Shown piece by piece: positions 8,149-17,294 of a stretch of 64,000 nt of DNA (the first letter of the stretch is position 1; each line of letters begins with the position of its first letter). The DNA is taken from the sequence record OQ031493.1; one strand, given 5' to 3'. A model generated the notes under the pieces. That model made no database searches, was not told the origin of the DNA, and was given only the letters and a program-made list of their open reading frames with translations. A program made the translations under genes and the position numbers.

Positions 8149-9048
8149 TTAAATTTTTAATAGGAGTCCACTGTGATTAAATGAGATAATACAGTTATGT
8201 CCCATCATGGCAATATGATAAGATATTATATTATCACGTGTATCATTTGAAATCTTGTTCACCTTAAATTCATTCATGATCGCATTATGAATGGCTAAGT
8301 CTTTTTCTCGATACTGCTTTGAGAAAAACATAATATCATTATGATTAATATTGATAGTATCCATTGTATTAAGAAAATCTTCAACATCAAACTTTTTAAT
8401 AGTTTCAGATTTTCCAACACAACGCTCGGTTTTATCAATTAATGAAAAACCAATAGTCCTAATTGGTTCATCCTTATTATGGAAGCTATAATTGGTAATA
8501 CTCATACCTACCAATAGTCCATTTTTATCTACATTAACTACTTTAGAATCAGTGTACTTATAAATATCATTGATTGCATAACCAGCTGAATATAATACAT
8601 CTTTAAAATGACTAGTTACTTTATCAATAATAAAGTTTTGATAATCTGATTGATATAGTTTATCACTATATTCAAGCTTTTTGATAATATCACTTAGTTC
8701 ATGATACACATTAGTAAAACTATTCGAAAAATAATTATCTTTTATTCCTAACCTAGTTAACAGATCTAGCTGGATTTCTTTTTTAGATAGTTTCGTAGAA
8801 TTACTAAGTTTTTCAATGACGGATGTAATTGTACGTAGATCAATTGCTAGTGAAAGTGATTTAAAGATATTATTAATTGGTGTATCAGATAGCTTTGAAA
8901 TAGCTATTAGTAGATTATCTAATTCATCATTAGTAATTTTCAGTTCTTTCACAATGTCATTATATTCAATTAGTTTACCATCAATAATATTACAGATTAG
9001 AAGTTTATGTAATTCTTTAATAGTGGTATTAACTTGTAGATTATTCAT
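8149..9048 (-). CDS. hypothetical protein
   Basis: 299-aa very AT-rich ORF, AAGGT SD. Confidence 0.75.
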
Positions 9049-9068
9049 TTTTTTACCTTTTAGTTAAT

Positions 9069-9506
9069 TTAAAATTTATTTACAGTTCTAAGAAAATATT
9101 CAGATGGATCGTCGAAGAAGACAATACTATCAACAACACTATTTTGTCGAGTACACCTTACTTTGATAAGATTATATTCTCTGAATTTATTAAGACCCCA
9201 AGCTTCTTTAGCACGATGGCGTAATCCACTACCAACAATAGCCCCATACCTAGTTTGTTCAACAAATAAATAAACATCCCAGCCATGATGATTATCATGG
9301 TATTTTGCGTAGTATTTATTGTCTTTAGTTTTGTTTAAACTAAGACTATACCTTTCTGTCTGTAGTTGATTAATATTCGATTTAATCATTTCATTTAATT
9401 TGGGTTCCACTATATGAATGACATCGCCAGCAGTAGTGGCCATTACCTTTAGTTTGTGATGCACGTTCGTAAGAACGTCCTCCCAAATGTTAGTAACTAC
9501 GTCCAT
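9069..9506 (-). CDS. hypothetical early protein
   Basis: 145-aa ORF, GAGGT SD, first gene after promoter 9552. Confidence 0.75.
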   Translation of the reverse strand: MDVVTNIWEDVLTNVHHKLKVMATTAGDVIHIVEPKLNEMIKSNINQLQTERYSLSLNKTKDNKYYAKYHDNHHGWDVYLFVEQTRYGAIVGSGLRHRAKEAWGLNKFREYNLIKVRCTRQNSVVDSIVFFDDPSEYFLRTVNKF

Positions 9507-9551
9507 CTATTAAAACCTCGACACATTAATTTGATTTTGTAATACACACAT

Positions 9552-9559
9552 GTAATATA
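9552..9559 (-). promoter_or_regulatory. early promoter TATATTAC
   Basis: exact octamer in cassette. Confidence 0.75.
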
Positions 9560-9585
9560 TATCTCAAATAAAATTTAGTGCAATA

Positions 9586-9605
9586 GCCCTCCCCGAAGGG
9601 AGGGC
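9586..9605 (-). terminator. intrinsic terminator (UUCG loop)
   Basis: gccctccc-TTCG-gggagggc. Confidence 0.8.
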
Positions 9606-9617
9606 CATATGCTCTTA

Positions 9618-9947
9618 TTATCGATTAACTACACGATAATTATCAATAATAAACTCGATGTACTGTTCGACATCATGTAAGAAGCAGTTGTAACTATACC
9701 GATCAAGTTTATTTAAAGCTTCAGTTAGAACTGGTTCGATATAGATATTTATTTCAGCTATTGATGGAATCTCAACATACTTGTTTTCATATTCGGTAAG
9801 CTGCTCCTTTACCTTAGCCATTTGCTTTTTGTAAATGTATTCCATCGACCATTCTTTATAAATGGAACGTGCCCCATCAAAGAGATGGTAACCAAATGCA
9901 ATACCACCAAGCACCAGAACACCAGTGGAAATAGTTGACATATTCAT
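9618..9947 (-). CDS. monocistronic early single-pass membrane protein
   Basis: 109 aa; N-terminal TM GVLVLGGIAFGYHLF; AAGGAG SD; own promoter and terminator. Confidence 0.75.
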   Translation of the reverse strand: MNMSTISTGVLVLGGIAFGYHLFDGARSIYKEWSMEYIYKKQMAKVKEQLTEYENKYVEIPSIAEINIYIEPVLTEALNKLDRYSYNCFLHDVEQYIEFIIDNYRVVNR

Positions 9948-9983
9948 GACATATCTCCTTTTTTCAAGATTGAATTCACATTA

Positions 9984-9991
9984 GTAATATA
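9984..9991 (-). promoter_or_regulatory. early promoter TATATTAC
   Basis: exact octamer in cassette. Confidence 0.75.
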
Positions 9992-10031
9992 CTGTTAAAA
10001 TATGTTTGAATACAAAAAATAAAATATAAAG

Positions 10032-10047
10032 CCTCCCCGAAGGGAGG
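10032..10047 (-). terminator. intrinsic terminator (UUCG loop)
   Basis: cctccc-TTCG-gggagg followed by T-rich run. Confidence 0.75.
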
Positions 10048-10075
10048 ACTTTATGGTGACTTTGTAAAAGACTTA

Positions 10076-10603
10076 TTATAGTTGAAAGTCTTTATCTTCT
10101 TCAATGATTTCATAACCTGGTAAATTAACTATATTTTTATTTAAACGAACTCGTTCATCTACTAGGTATTTAACTACTTTAAGTAATTGACTTATCGACA
10201 GGTCATTATTTTCATCAGTATCTGATTTAAAAATACGACCACTGGTAGGTGAAGCATTCGTAAAACAAATACCTTCATTATCTTTATAAATATCATAATA
10301 CCATACGACATATGGATTATTGGTATTACTTATGACAAATACTAAAAACAGATCTTCATCATCACCTTGACCATTCAGGATCCCGATATTTTTTCGATGC
10401 GTTATACCACCTGTAATAACTAGGCCGTTGACATCATCACTGAATTTAAATATATCATACCCACCTTCAAGTTTACCATTTTCAAAATACTGTAATAGCG
10501 CACCACCTACTACAGCACCCCATGAAAAGAAGTTATCTTTATTTAAATGCTCAACCATCTTAAAAATCCTCTTTAGGTTCAGTGATCCGAGAATAAAGAA
10601 CAA
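10076..10603 (-). CDS. hypothetical protein (true start probably 10558, MVEHL)
   Basis: 175-aa ORF; GAGGA SD precedes the internal Met. Confidence 0.7.
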   Translation of the reverse strand: MFFILGSLNLKRIFKMVEHLNKDNFFSWGAVVGGALLQYFENGKLEGGYDIFKFSDDVNGLVITGGITHRKNIGILNGQGDDEDLFLVFVISNTNNPYVVWYYDIYKDNEGICFTNASPTSGRIFKSDTDENNDLSISQLLKVVKYLVDERVRLNKNIVNLPGYEIIEEDKDFQL

Positions 10604-10742
10604 ACATATCAGTTAGGATATTTCTATCTAGTNNNNNNNNNNNNNNNNNNNNNNNNNNNNNNNNNNNNNNNNNNNNATTGGTACGTGTAAGTAAGATTCC
10701 ATATTGAAATATACCTGTAGTATACAAATTATAAAACAACAT
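10560..10742 (-). CDS. small hypothetical protein interrupted by N-run
   Basis: open frame across the N gap at 10633-10676; start uncertain. Confidence 0.35.
   Translation of the reverse strand: MLFYNLYTTGIFQYGILLTRTNXXXXXXXXXXXXXXXLDRNILTDMFVLYSRITEPKEDF
10633..10676. other. assembly gap (N-run)
   Basis: 44 N. Confidence 0.95.
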
Positions 10743-10745
10743 AAA

Positions 10746-10770
10746 AAGAGAGAGGATAAATTCCTCTCTC
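10746..10770 (-). terminator. intrinsic terminator
   Basis: gagagagga/tcctctctc stem with downstream T-tract; end coordinates approximate by 1 nt. Confidence 0.7.
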
Positions 10771-10789
10771 TTTATGCAACTAAATAGTT

Positions 10790-10912
10790 TTATTCTTTTT
10801 GCTTTTCTTTAGCTTCACGTTTAGCTTTGAGTTCTGCATTATTAAGCCGCCAAGCAGCTTGCATAGTAGCTAGATTGACAAACTTAGGCTGTTGCTTATT
10901 TTTAACTTTCAT
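10790..10912 (-). CDS. basic 40-aa peptide, not in ORF track
   Basis: manual translation MKVKNKQQPKFVNLATMQAAWRLNNAELKAKREAKEKQKE; GGA SD; fills the gap before a terminator. Confidence 0.55.
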   Translation of the reverse strand: MKVKNKQQPKFVNLATMQAAWRLNNAELKAKREAKEKQKE

Positions 10913-10983
10913 TTGCTAATTCCAAATTTATTTCAAATGGTTAATCTAAACTATTAAATTGCTTCATATTCTTCATGCATAAT

Positions 10984-11277
10984 TTAATCCTCAGTCAGCG
11001 TAGTATAATCTACATAAAGATCATTGAGTTGCTCTTTTAATGAAATATTTATTTTTAATTCATTAAGAGTAATCCTATTCCAATGTTTACGCGGATTACC
11101 ACATAGCATACAACGAGACCTACCGCAGTTAAACGGATTATGTTTACGCCATTTACCTTTAGCCTTTGCTGAAGGATTAGTGTCATTATAACGACTCTCG
11201 GCTAGTGAAACATAATAATTAACTATACGAGTATTGTGATGACGATTAAGTTGTGCAGATAGTTTGTTGCTTGACAT
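10984..11277 (-). CDS. small basic protein with CxxxxCxxCGNPR putative metal-binding motif
   Basis: HNPFNCGRSRCMLCGNPR; GGAG SD. Confidence 0.7.
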   Translation of the reverse strand: MSSNKLSAQLNRHHNTRIVNYYVSLAESRYNDTNPSAKAKGKWRKHNPFNCGRSRCMLCGNPRKHWNRITLNELKINISLKEQLNDLYVDYTTLTED

Positions 11278-11376
11278 ATTTATACTCCACCTTAATACCC
11301 CTACCCCAATATGGAGTAGGGTAAAGTATGTAGTAGAGTAAATTTAATACATTAACTTTTAACATTCTAAACTTCA

Positions 11377-11877
11377 TTAATTTTCCACAATATCCTGGAT
11401 GGTACGTAGACTTTCTTGCATTGTCAGTAAGAAATTACGATAAGGTTCACTGGTGTCCAAAAAAGGTGGCATGTTTAACCTATTAGTAACCTCTTCTAGA
11501 AATTCTTTATACTTATAAAGATTAATAGTGAATTTATTACAATCTGGATCAGTAGTAGTTGGGATAATATAATTACGAATAATGTAGTAAATATGAAAAC
11601 TGCTACCATATTCAATTAAAGTATAAGGATTATCATCAATGAATTTCTGTGCTTCTTTTCCTTTTAAGGCGAAATCTTCTCGTTCAACGATTTCATGAAG
11701 TAGCGGCCCTAAGAATTGCATTGGAATCACACCATACATTTTAGTGAATTCCTTAATATCTTTATATGTTACTTTTGGATTAGGATATACCTCACGATTC
11801 CTACCAATATTTCTAACTAGATATAGTTTTTCTTTTACTAAGATATTTTCGATGCATAGTTCATCTTTAAATAGCAT
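11377..11877 (-). CDS. hypothetical protein
   Basis: 166-aa ORF, AAGGA SD. Confidence 0.7.
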   Translation of the reverse strand: MLFKDELCIENILVKEKLYLVRNIGRNREVYPNPKVTYKDIKEFTKMYGVIPMQFLGPLLHEIVEREDFALKGKEAQKFIDDNPYTLIEYGSSFHIYYIIRNYIIPTTTDPDCNKFTINLYKYKEFLEEVTNRLNMPPFLDTSEPYRNFLLTMQESLRTIQDIVEN

Positions 11878-11926
11878 AAAATATTTTCCTTTTAATAAGA
11901 TGGTATTAAACTTTTTTCTTTATTGA

Positions 11927-12760
11927 CTAATATTTTCTTCGTTCGATATCCTGTAGTTTCGCGAATGTGTCGAGCTTGTATTGGTCAACAAAATGCCAGG
12001 CTAGATCGGTAAGTGTATAGATGTCCGGACGTTCGTATTTACCGAAGTCTGGTTTCTCACGACTCAATTGAAAATCGATGAACTGATCTAATATAGGGCA
12101 ACGATCTATCAGATCCTGTTCAATAGACCCAACCTTATCATTAACCAGTTCTTGGATACGTTTATAAAGGATAGGATCTGACAGAAGAGGCAGTAGGTCA
12201 TGGAATACCATCGGCGGATGTTCCAGACTTTCACGGACCCACATTGCAGCCAACAGAGGACGAAGAGAATAGAAGTATTTCTTCATCCGGATCTTCTCAT
12301 CTGACAACCAACGCATTTTGGTTTGTTTGGCCATCGAGATATAGTGCATGTAACTCGATTCAGGGATGAAGTGCTTTAGCGCAGCATCACGGATTAACTT
12401 GTAGTCCCGATCAACCTTACGGTAAACGATTGGGGAGTTTAGCCATTCCAAGAGAGTGGGGTTAGACTTGTAAGCAAGCTGAAGAGTCTTAGTGATACTC
12501 CAACCAGCTAGGTCTAGTTCTTTAGACACCATCTCTTCAATAGTATCACGTGCTTCATTATCCACACGAACATAATGACTCGGATGGTTAACGTAAATGA
12601 AACGAACGTCATAGTCACTATTAGTTGAAGCAAAGCCCCATCCACGACTACCGGACTCACAAGCATAAATAATCTTTACACCATATTTCTTTTCGATACG
12701 GTCTAGTTCTACATTAATCGTTACCCGCATCTCATCGTTAACTGGATGACGTTGATCCAT
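11927..12760 (-). CDS. pol-beta superfamily nucleotidyltransferase (RlaP/Nuc-transf family)
   Basis: IIYACESGSRGWGFASTNSDYDVRFIY, DLAGW, KSNPTLLEWLNSPIVY, KKYFYSLRPLLA. Confidence 0.85.
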   Translation of the reverse strand: MDQRHPVNDEMRVTINVELDRIEKKYGVKIIYACESGSRGWGFASTNSDYDVRFIYVNHPSHYVRVDNEARDTIEEMVSKELDLAGWSITKTLQLAYKSNPTLLEWLNSPIVYRKVDRDYKLIRDAALKHFIPESSYMHYISMAKQTKMRWLSDEKIRMKKYFYSLRPLLAAMWVRESLEHPPMVFHDLLPLLSDPILYKRIQELVNDKVGSIEQDLIDRCPILDQFIDFQLSREKPDFGKYERPDIYTLTDLAWHFVDQYKLDTFAKLQDIERRKY

Positions 12761-13167
12761 TATCCACCAACCTTTTCAAATTTGAGTTTTTCTTCTTTAC
12801 CTGTGTCCAGATACATGAACATCGATGTACCCAGCAAGTTGTATACAAACCAACCTTTGCTCACAAGTTCCTCTTCGAATTTCAGTGGTGCCGATAGTTC
12901 GCATATAGCCTCGTACGGGATGACAATAGGCTCTTTCTCGGGCTTAGTAAGAATCAGTGCATGATCTGCAAGCTTCAACCATTGCTTGCGACTACTGATA
13001 CCAAGACCAATACTAAACTCTTCACCTGGATCTTTTCCGTTAAAAAGGCTACAGCGAGTTTCTTTGGTTACTCTATTACCGGCGATACCGATCGTGAGAG
13101 GATCAGGAAAGACCCCCATCAGTTCAATAACCATTTCAAGTTGACGCTTCAGTTCAGTGTTGTTCAT
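12760..13167 (-). CDS. hypothetical protein
   Basis: 135-aa ORF translationally coupled (TAATG) to the nucleotidyltransferase. Confidence 0.75.
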   Translation of the reverse strand: MNNTELKRQLEMVIELMGVFPDPLTIGIAGNRVTKETRCSLFNGKDPGEEFSIGLGISSRKQWLKLADHALILTKPEKEPIVIPYEAICELSAPLKFEEELVSKGWFVYNLLGTSMFMYLDTGKEEKLKFEKVGG

Positions 13168-13275
13168 AGGACAAATTCCTTTGTATTGTATTTACGTACT
13201 ACATCGGTCCACTAGGCAGGAGTCTGTGCATAGTAGTATTCGCTGAATATCCCAAATGAACCATAGGGAAATAAA

Positions 13276-13293
13276 GCCTCCCCAAAGGGAGGC
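13276..13293 (-). terminator. intrinsic terminator after thyA
   Basis: gcctccc/gggaggc stem then TTTATTT. Confidence 0.75.
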
Positions 13294-13300
13294 ATTTATG

Positions 13301-14767
13301 TTAGACAGCAACTTTACCAGCAATGTGTGAATGATATTCGTAGTTTTCGATAACAAAATCATCTACACCAATTTCCCGAATATCTTTACCAATAGCTTCT
13401 TGTTTGAAACGAATAGTTGGTAGAACCTTCGGTTCACGAGTTAATTGAAGATCAGTCTGTTCTTGGTGATTAGAGTAAATATGTACATCACCACCAGTCC
13501 AGATAAACTCTTCAGCAATCATATTCATTTGGTTAGCTAACATGTGAGTCAGCAGACTATAGAATGTGATGTTAAAGGGTTTTCCTAAGAAAGTATCACA
13601 AGATCTTTGATAGAGTTGACAACTGATGGCTCGTTTCGGAGCACCATGTTGATCCAGCCATTCTACTACTGCTTCATCTGTAGCCTTTTCATAACCACGA
13701 CAGACACGCAGAAGTGCTTTAACCTGCTCAGCACTATCGAATGGAGGTTGACCACGAGTAATCTCACCACTAATCTTATCATGATAAGCATCAGCTTCGA
13801 ACTGGGTTTGGTCTAGAGCTTGCACTCGTTCATCTACGGTCAGTTCACGGGTCCAGAACTGAATAAATGCGTGGCAAGGTGGGAGTGCCTGCTCATCAAT
13901 AAGATGTGGCACCCATGCACAAACAATGATCCGACGAGAATCCGGGTTGGTGCGAAGTTGATCGATGATGTCTTGGATTTGGTCGATACGTCGAGTAACC
14001 ACGCATCTATCGGTTTCCATGGTTGTACCTGGGATATCCGCCACGAAGTCAAAACCACGCTTCTCATAATCAAACCACTCATATTTAGGGATTACACGAG
14101 TGTCTTCAAGATTACGCCATGTCTTACCGTAAACAGCACCTAGATCGCCGCCGACCAGACGCTCTGGTTCTTTATGCATCAAAGCACGATACAGTCGCTT
14201 GTTATATTCAGCACGAATACCTTCAGGATTTTTGGCTTCATCGAACCCTTCAGTAGCGAACCTATTCCACGACGTTACGCTAACTCCAATGATGTATTGG
14301 ATTTCCTCACGGTTAACTGGATATTCATCCCAGAAGGCCTGAATAGTCTCTGGAGTCATACCCGACTCGAATTCCGCTACAGTCTCAATGAATGGAGTAG
14401 AGTCATCGTTCATACAATGTAAGTACATTACGAATGGGGCACCAATGAGGGCAGTTACTGCTTTAAGAACGGCCTCATCGGTCATCGGCTCATATACTGC
14501 GGTTTCAGGTTTAACCCACTCGTTCCAGATGCGTACACCATTAGCGATCAGGTAATCCACCTTAGTATCACCTGACAGCATCCAGAACAATTCATGAATT
14601 ACAGAAGCTAGATGAATCTTCTTGGTGGTTACAACTGGTAGCTGATTATTACGCAGACTATAACGTTCTTGTTGACCAAACATGCTCTGAGTACCAGTAC
14701 CAGTACGGTCACCTTTATGTACACCGTGTTCTTTAACTAAACGGATTGAATTAAGATATTGTTCCAT
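13301..14767 (-). CDS. thyA: thymidylate synthase with two large insertions
   Basis: DRTGTGT, LPVVTTKK, IWNEW, DLGAVYG, SRRIIVCAW, ALPPCH, LYQRSCD, NITFYSLL, GDVHIY. Confidence 0.95.
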   Translation of the reverse strand: MEQYLNSIRLVKEHGVHKGDRTGTGTQSMFGQQERYSLRNNQLPVVTTKKIHLASVIHELFWMLSGDTKVDYLIANGVRIWNEWVKPETAVYEPMTDEAVLKAVTALIGAPFVMYLHCMNDDSTPFIETVAEFESGMTPETIQAFWDEYPVNREEIQYIIGVSVTSWNRFATEGFDEAKNPEGIRAEYNKRLYRALMHKEPERLVGGDLGAVYGKTWRNLEDTRVIPKYEWFDYEKRGFDFVADIPGTTMETDRCVVTRRIDQIQDIIDQLRTNPDSRRIIVCAWVPHLIDEQALPPCHAFIQFWTRELTVDERVQALDQTQFEADAYHDKISGEITRGQPPFDSAEQVKALLRVCRGYEKATDEAVVEWLDQHGAPKRAISCQLYQRSCDTFLGKPFNITFYSLLTHMLANQMNMIAEEFIWTGGDVHIYSNHQEQTDLQLTREPKVLPTIRFKQEAIGKDIREIGVDDFVIENYEYHSHIAGKVAV

Positions 14768-14967
14768 TACTTGATCCTCGGATTGTCTACTAGTCCACAG
14801 TTGAACCAGAGATGTTTATCATGGCGGCGCTCATCACTAATAGATACGATCGTACCCTTACCATCTTTAAAGTTAATAATCAATGCCCGAACTCGACCAT
14901 GGGTGAGAGCATTGAAAATTTTGTACGACTTTACACTGAATGCGATTCTTTCATCAAGACGATCCAT
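14767..14967 (-). CDS. hypothetical protein
   Basis: 66-aa ORF coupled to thyA (TAATG); GAGGA SD. Confidence 0.6.
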   Translation of the reverse strand: MDRLDERIAFSVKSYKIFNALTHGRVRALIINFKDGKGTIVSISDERRHDKHLWFNCGLVDNPRIK

Positions 14968-14994
14968 ACTTTATTCCTCTAGTCTTACTAATAA

Positions 14995-15288
14995 TCACAG
15001 ATCAACCTCTATCCGTTTGTATTTGATTTCAACCGGAATACCTAATTCATTTTTTACAAGATTAAATGAGTTTTTTGATGGAGTGTATGTAGCAATTATA
15101 ACGGCTTGACTATCAGCTACAGCTACATCTCGCCATTCCATGTGCATGTTATCGAAATCATCTTTACCCATAATCAAGTAATAAGACGTATCATTATGCG
15201 TAATGGTATTTTCAAACGGTCTAATTACAAAAGCACTTAAACTAGACTGTATACGGTGTCCTACTTGTTCAAGTGTAACTGTATACAT
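14995..15288 (-). CDS. hypothetical protein
   Basis: 97-aa ORF with strong AGGAGG SD. Confidence 0.75.
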   Translation of the reverse strand: MYTVTLEQVGHRIQSSLSAFVIRPFENTITHNDTSYYLIMGKDDFDNMHMEWRDVAVADSQAVIIATYTPSKNSFNLVKNELGIPVEIKYKRIEVDL

Positions 15289-15302
15289 AAAACCTCCTAG
15301 AC

Positions 15303-15363
15303 GGCATACGGGAGTCCCGAAGGACCCCCTAAGCGCAACTAACCAATCGGCCAGTATTTTGCC
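15303..15363 (-). promoter_or_regulatory. candidate structured 5' leader (three-stem) of the thyA operon
   Basis: GC-rich; GGGGGUCC-UUCG-GGACUCCC hairpin enclosed by GGCA..UAC/GUAUGCC; no U-tract; ends just before the SD. Confidence 0.45.
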
Positions 15364-15393
15364 TATAATATTAGTCTATTAAAAGTATTTTTA

Positions 15394-16101
15394 TTACAGA
15401 CCAATACGAGTCAAAATTTCAGCCCAACCTTTCTCTTTAGCATATCGCAATAGGCTATTTTCAATATGGGTTTCACTATAGACAATAGGCTCATGACCAC
15501 CTTGTACATGATACATTGTTAATGGTTCCACCACATGTTGACTAGACCAAGCATCGTATAAACGATCATTGATTTTAATCACCACATATACCATCAATTT
15601 ATCGTCGATGTCAAGATCAATACCTGCTACAAATGCATTAACATTGGAACGCACTTGGTCAGCAGTTAGTTGCACTTGCAGCCCGCCATGTACTTCAAAT
15701 TCGATATCACAGATATTCTTATTTAACCAAGTATACACTGCCTGATTAGCATATGTCTCAATTGGATCACTACTACGTAAATCTATTAATGGACCATATG
15801 TTTCTAATGATGAGACACTGGTATCAACTAAGTCATTCAATGAGTATTCGGTACTAGAACAACTATCTAAAACACAGATAGTGTTATCCTCGATATGGAT
15901 AGGTAATACCTTGAATACCACATTAGCAACATTAGGTAATGACGTATCTGGTTCAGAACTATTGAATGGAGTATAAAATAATCGATCAGCCACTTCAGTA
16001 TCAATAGTTGATACATCCATTGGAATGAATCCATTAAGATCTTGTTTGATTACGTCATTGTGTCCAATTCCAGAAAAAGATAAATACATTTTCTCAGACA
16101 T
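15394..16101 (-). CDS. hypothetical protein
   Basis: 235-aa ORF. Confidence 0.75.
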   Translation of the reverse strand: MSEKMYLSFSGIGHNDVIKQDLNGFIPMDVSTIDTEVADRLFYTPFNSSEPDTSLPNVANVVFKVLPIHIEDNTICVLDSCSSTEYSLNDLVDTSVSSLETYGPLIDLRSSDPIETYANQAVYTWLNKNICDIEFEVHGGLQVQLTADQVRSNVNAFVAGIDLDIDDKLMVYVVIKINDRLYDAWSSQHVVEPLTMYHVQGGHEPIVYSETHIENSLLRYAKEKGWAEILTRIGL

Positions 16102-16109
16102 ATCCGTAC

Positions 16110-16367
16110 CTATTTATTTACACAGATTAGAGTATGTTCTACTTTACTGGTACTAGAAGAAAAATAACGTAATAGAACACCATCGCTGATTTTTACAGTC
16201 TCTACATTATTACGAATAGCACTTGCTTTAGCTAGTTTTTGAATACGCTCAATCGCGCTAAAACAAGTAGTCATGTCAGAGAACTCAGTGGTTGACTGCG
16301 ATGCACCATTGGCTTGATAACCAGCGATACTGATACTACTAAAAAGAATTGCTAAAGTTGCATTCAT
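16110..16367 (-). CDS. small exported protein with two Cys
   Basis: 85 aa; signal-peptide-like N-terminus; EFSDMTTC...LIC. Confidence 0.65.
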   Translation of the reverse strand: MNATLAILFSSISIAGYQANGASQSTTEFSDMTTCFSAIERIQKLAKASAIRNNVETVKISDGVLLRYFSSSTSKVEHTLICVNK

Positions 16368-17272
16368 TTCTTACCACCTTTAATAACAGTGAGTTTTGGT
16401 GGACCAGTAGGACGAGAAGGTTTATTAATAATAATCTGCGAATTGGAAGAATTATTGAAATCCTCAACCATCTTATTTACATCATTGTCAAATGAATTAG
16501 ATGTATTATCACCCGAGTCCACAGTTGATTCACTAACCACATTTGAAATAGGGTAACTGAGGAGTTCCATCATAAGTACATTGATGTTATCCTGATAGTT
16601 TTCATTACGTGTACAATTAATAACCCGCTCACACCAATCCATAATTAATTCTGGTGCATTCTGTTTAATTGCAGTTACCGCTACTCTAATATGTGCATCT
16701 AATTCTGGATTACTAAATTCAGTTACTCTGTTAATGGCGCTTTCAATCATCTGATCATGCTCATTCTCAGATGTATTCCTTACAACTAACTTACCATTAG
16801 TGGTATCGGCTTTATTTTTAAAATTAACCTCAGTGACATTACCTACGGTAGTTAATACTGGGTTTTTGTCAACTACATTATTAACAGTTCCTTCTAATGT
16901 TGCACGAATAGTATCTGCATTGAGATATCTATCCACTAGCGGCATTTCAAAGAATGCGTTAGAATTATCATCAATAGGTGTAACTACACCCAATACTGCA
17001 TAAAGAGGAAGTTTAATACTGACCCCAACTCCATTTACTGTTACATTGAAAGAGATATATTCGTCACTGATATAAAAATTCTTTGCACAGCGTGGATGGA
17101 TATTGAAAGTGATAGTGTGATCTTCTTTCGCATGCTTTAGAGCTACCTCAGATAAATCAGGTACTAATTGAGTATGTGCTACAATTAGAATATCTCTGAA
17201 GTTATTCTCAAGAAACCAATCATAGGTAGCTCGAAGAATATGGCCAGTAAGTAATGATTTTACCTTTAGCAT
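16364..17272 (-). CDS. sspB: stringent starvation protein B (ClpXP adaptor) homolog
   Basis: ILRATYDWFLEN, ITFNIHPRC..N, ISFNVTVNG..IKLPLYAVLGV; C-terminal PKLTVIK resembles the ClpX-binding tail (LRVVK). Confidence 0.8.
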   Translation of the reverse strand: MLKVKSLLTGHILRATYDWFLENNFRDILIVAHTQLVPDLSEVALKHAKEDHTITFNIHPRCAKNFYISDEYISFNVTVNGVGVSIKLPLYAVLGVVTPIDDNSNAFFEMPLVDRYLNADTIRATLEGTVNNVVDKNPVLTTVGNVTEVNFKNKADTTNGKLVVRNTSENEHDQMIESAINRVTEFSNPELDAHIRVAVTAIKQNAPELIMDWCERVINCTRNENYQDNINVLMMELLSYPISNVVSESTVDSGDNTSNSFDNDVNKMVEDFNNSSNSQIIINKPSRPTGPPKLTVIKGGKK

Positions 17273-17294
17273 ATTTGTATTACCTTTAAATAAA

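Noticed and set aside
13168-13275. Short hairpins upstream of the 135-aa gene as a structured RNA
   Set aside because: Stems of only 4-5 bp in AT-rich DNA; not distinguishable from background by eye
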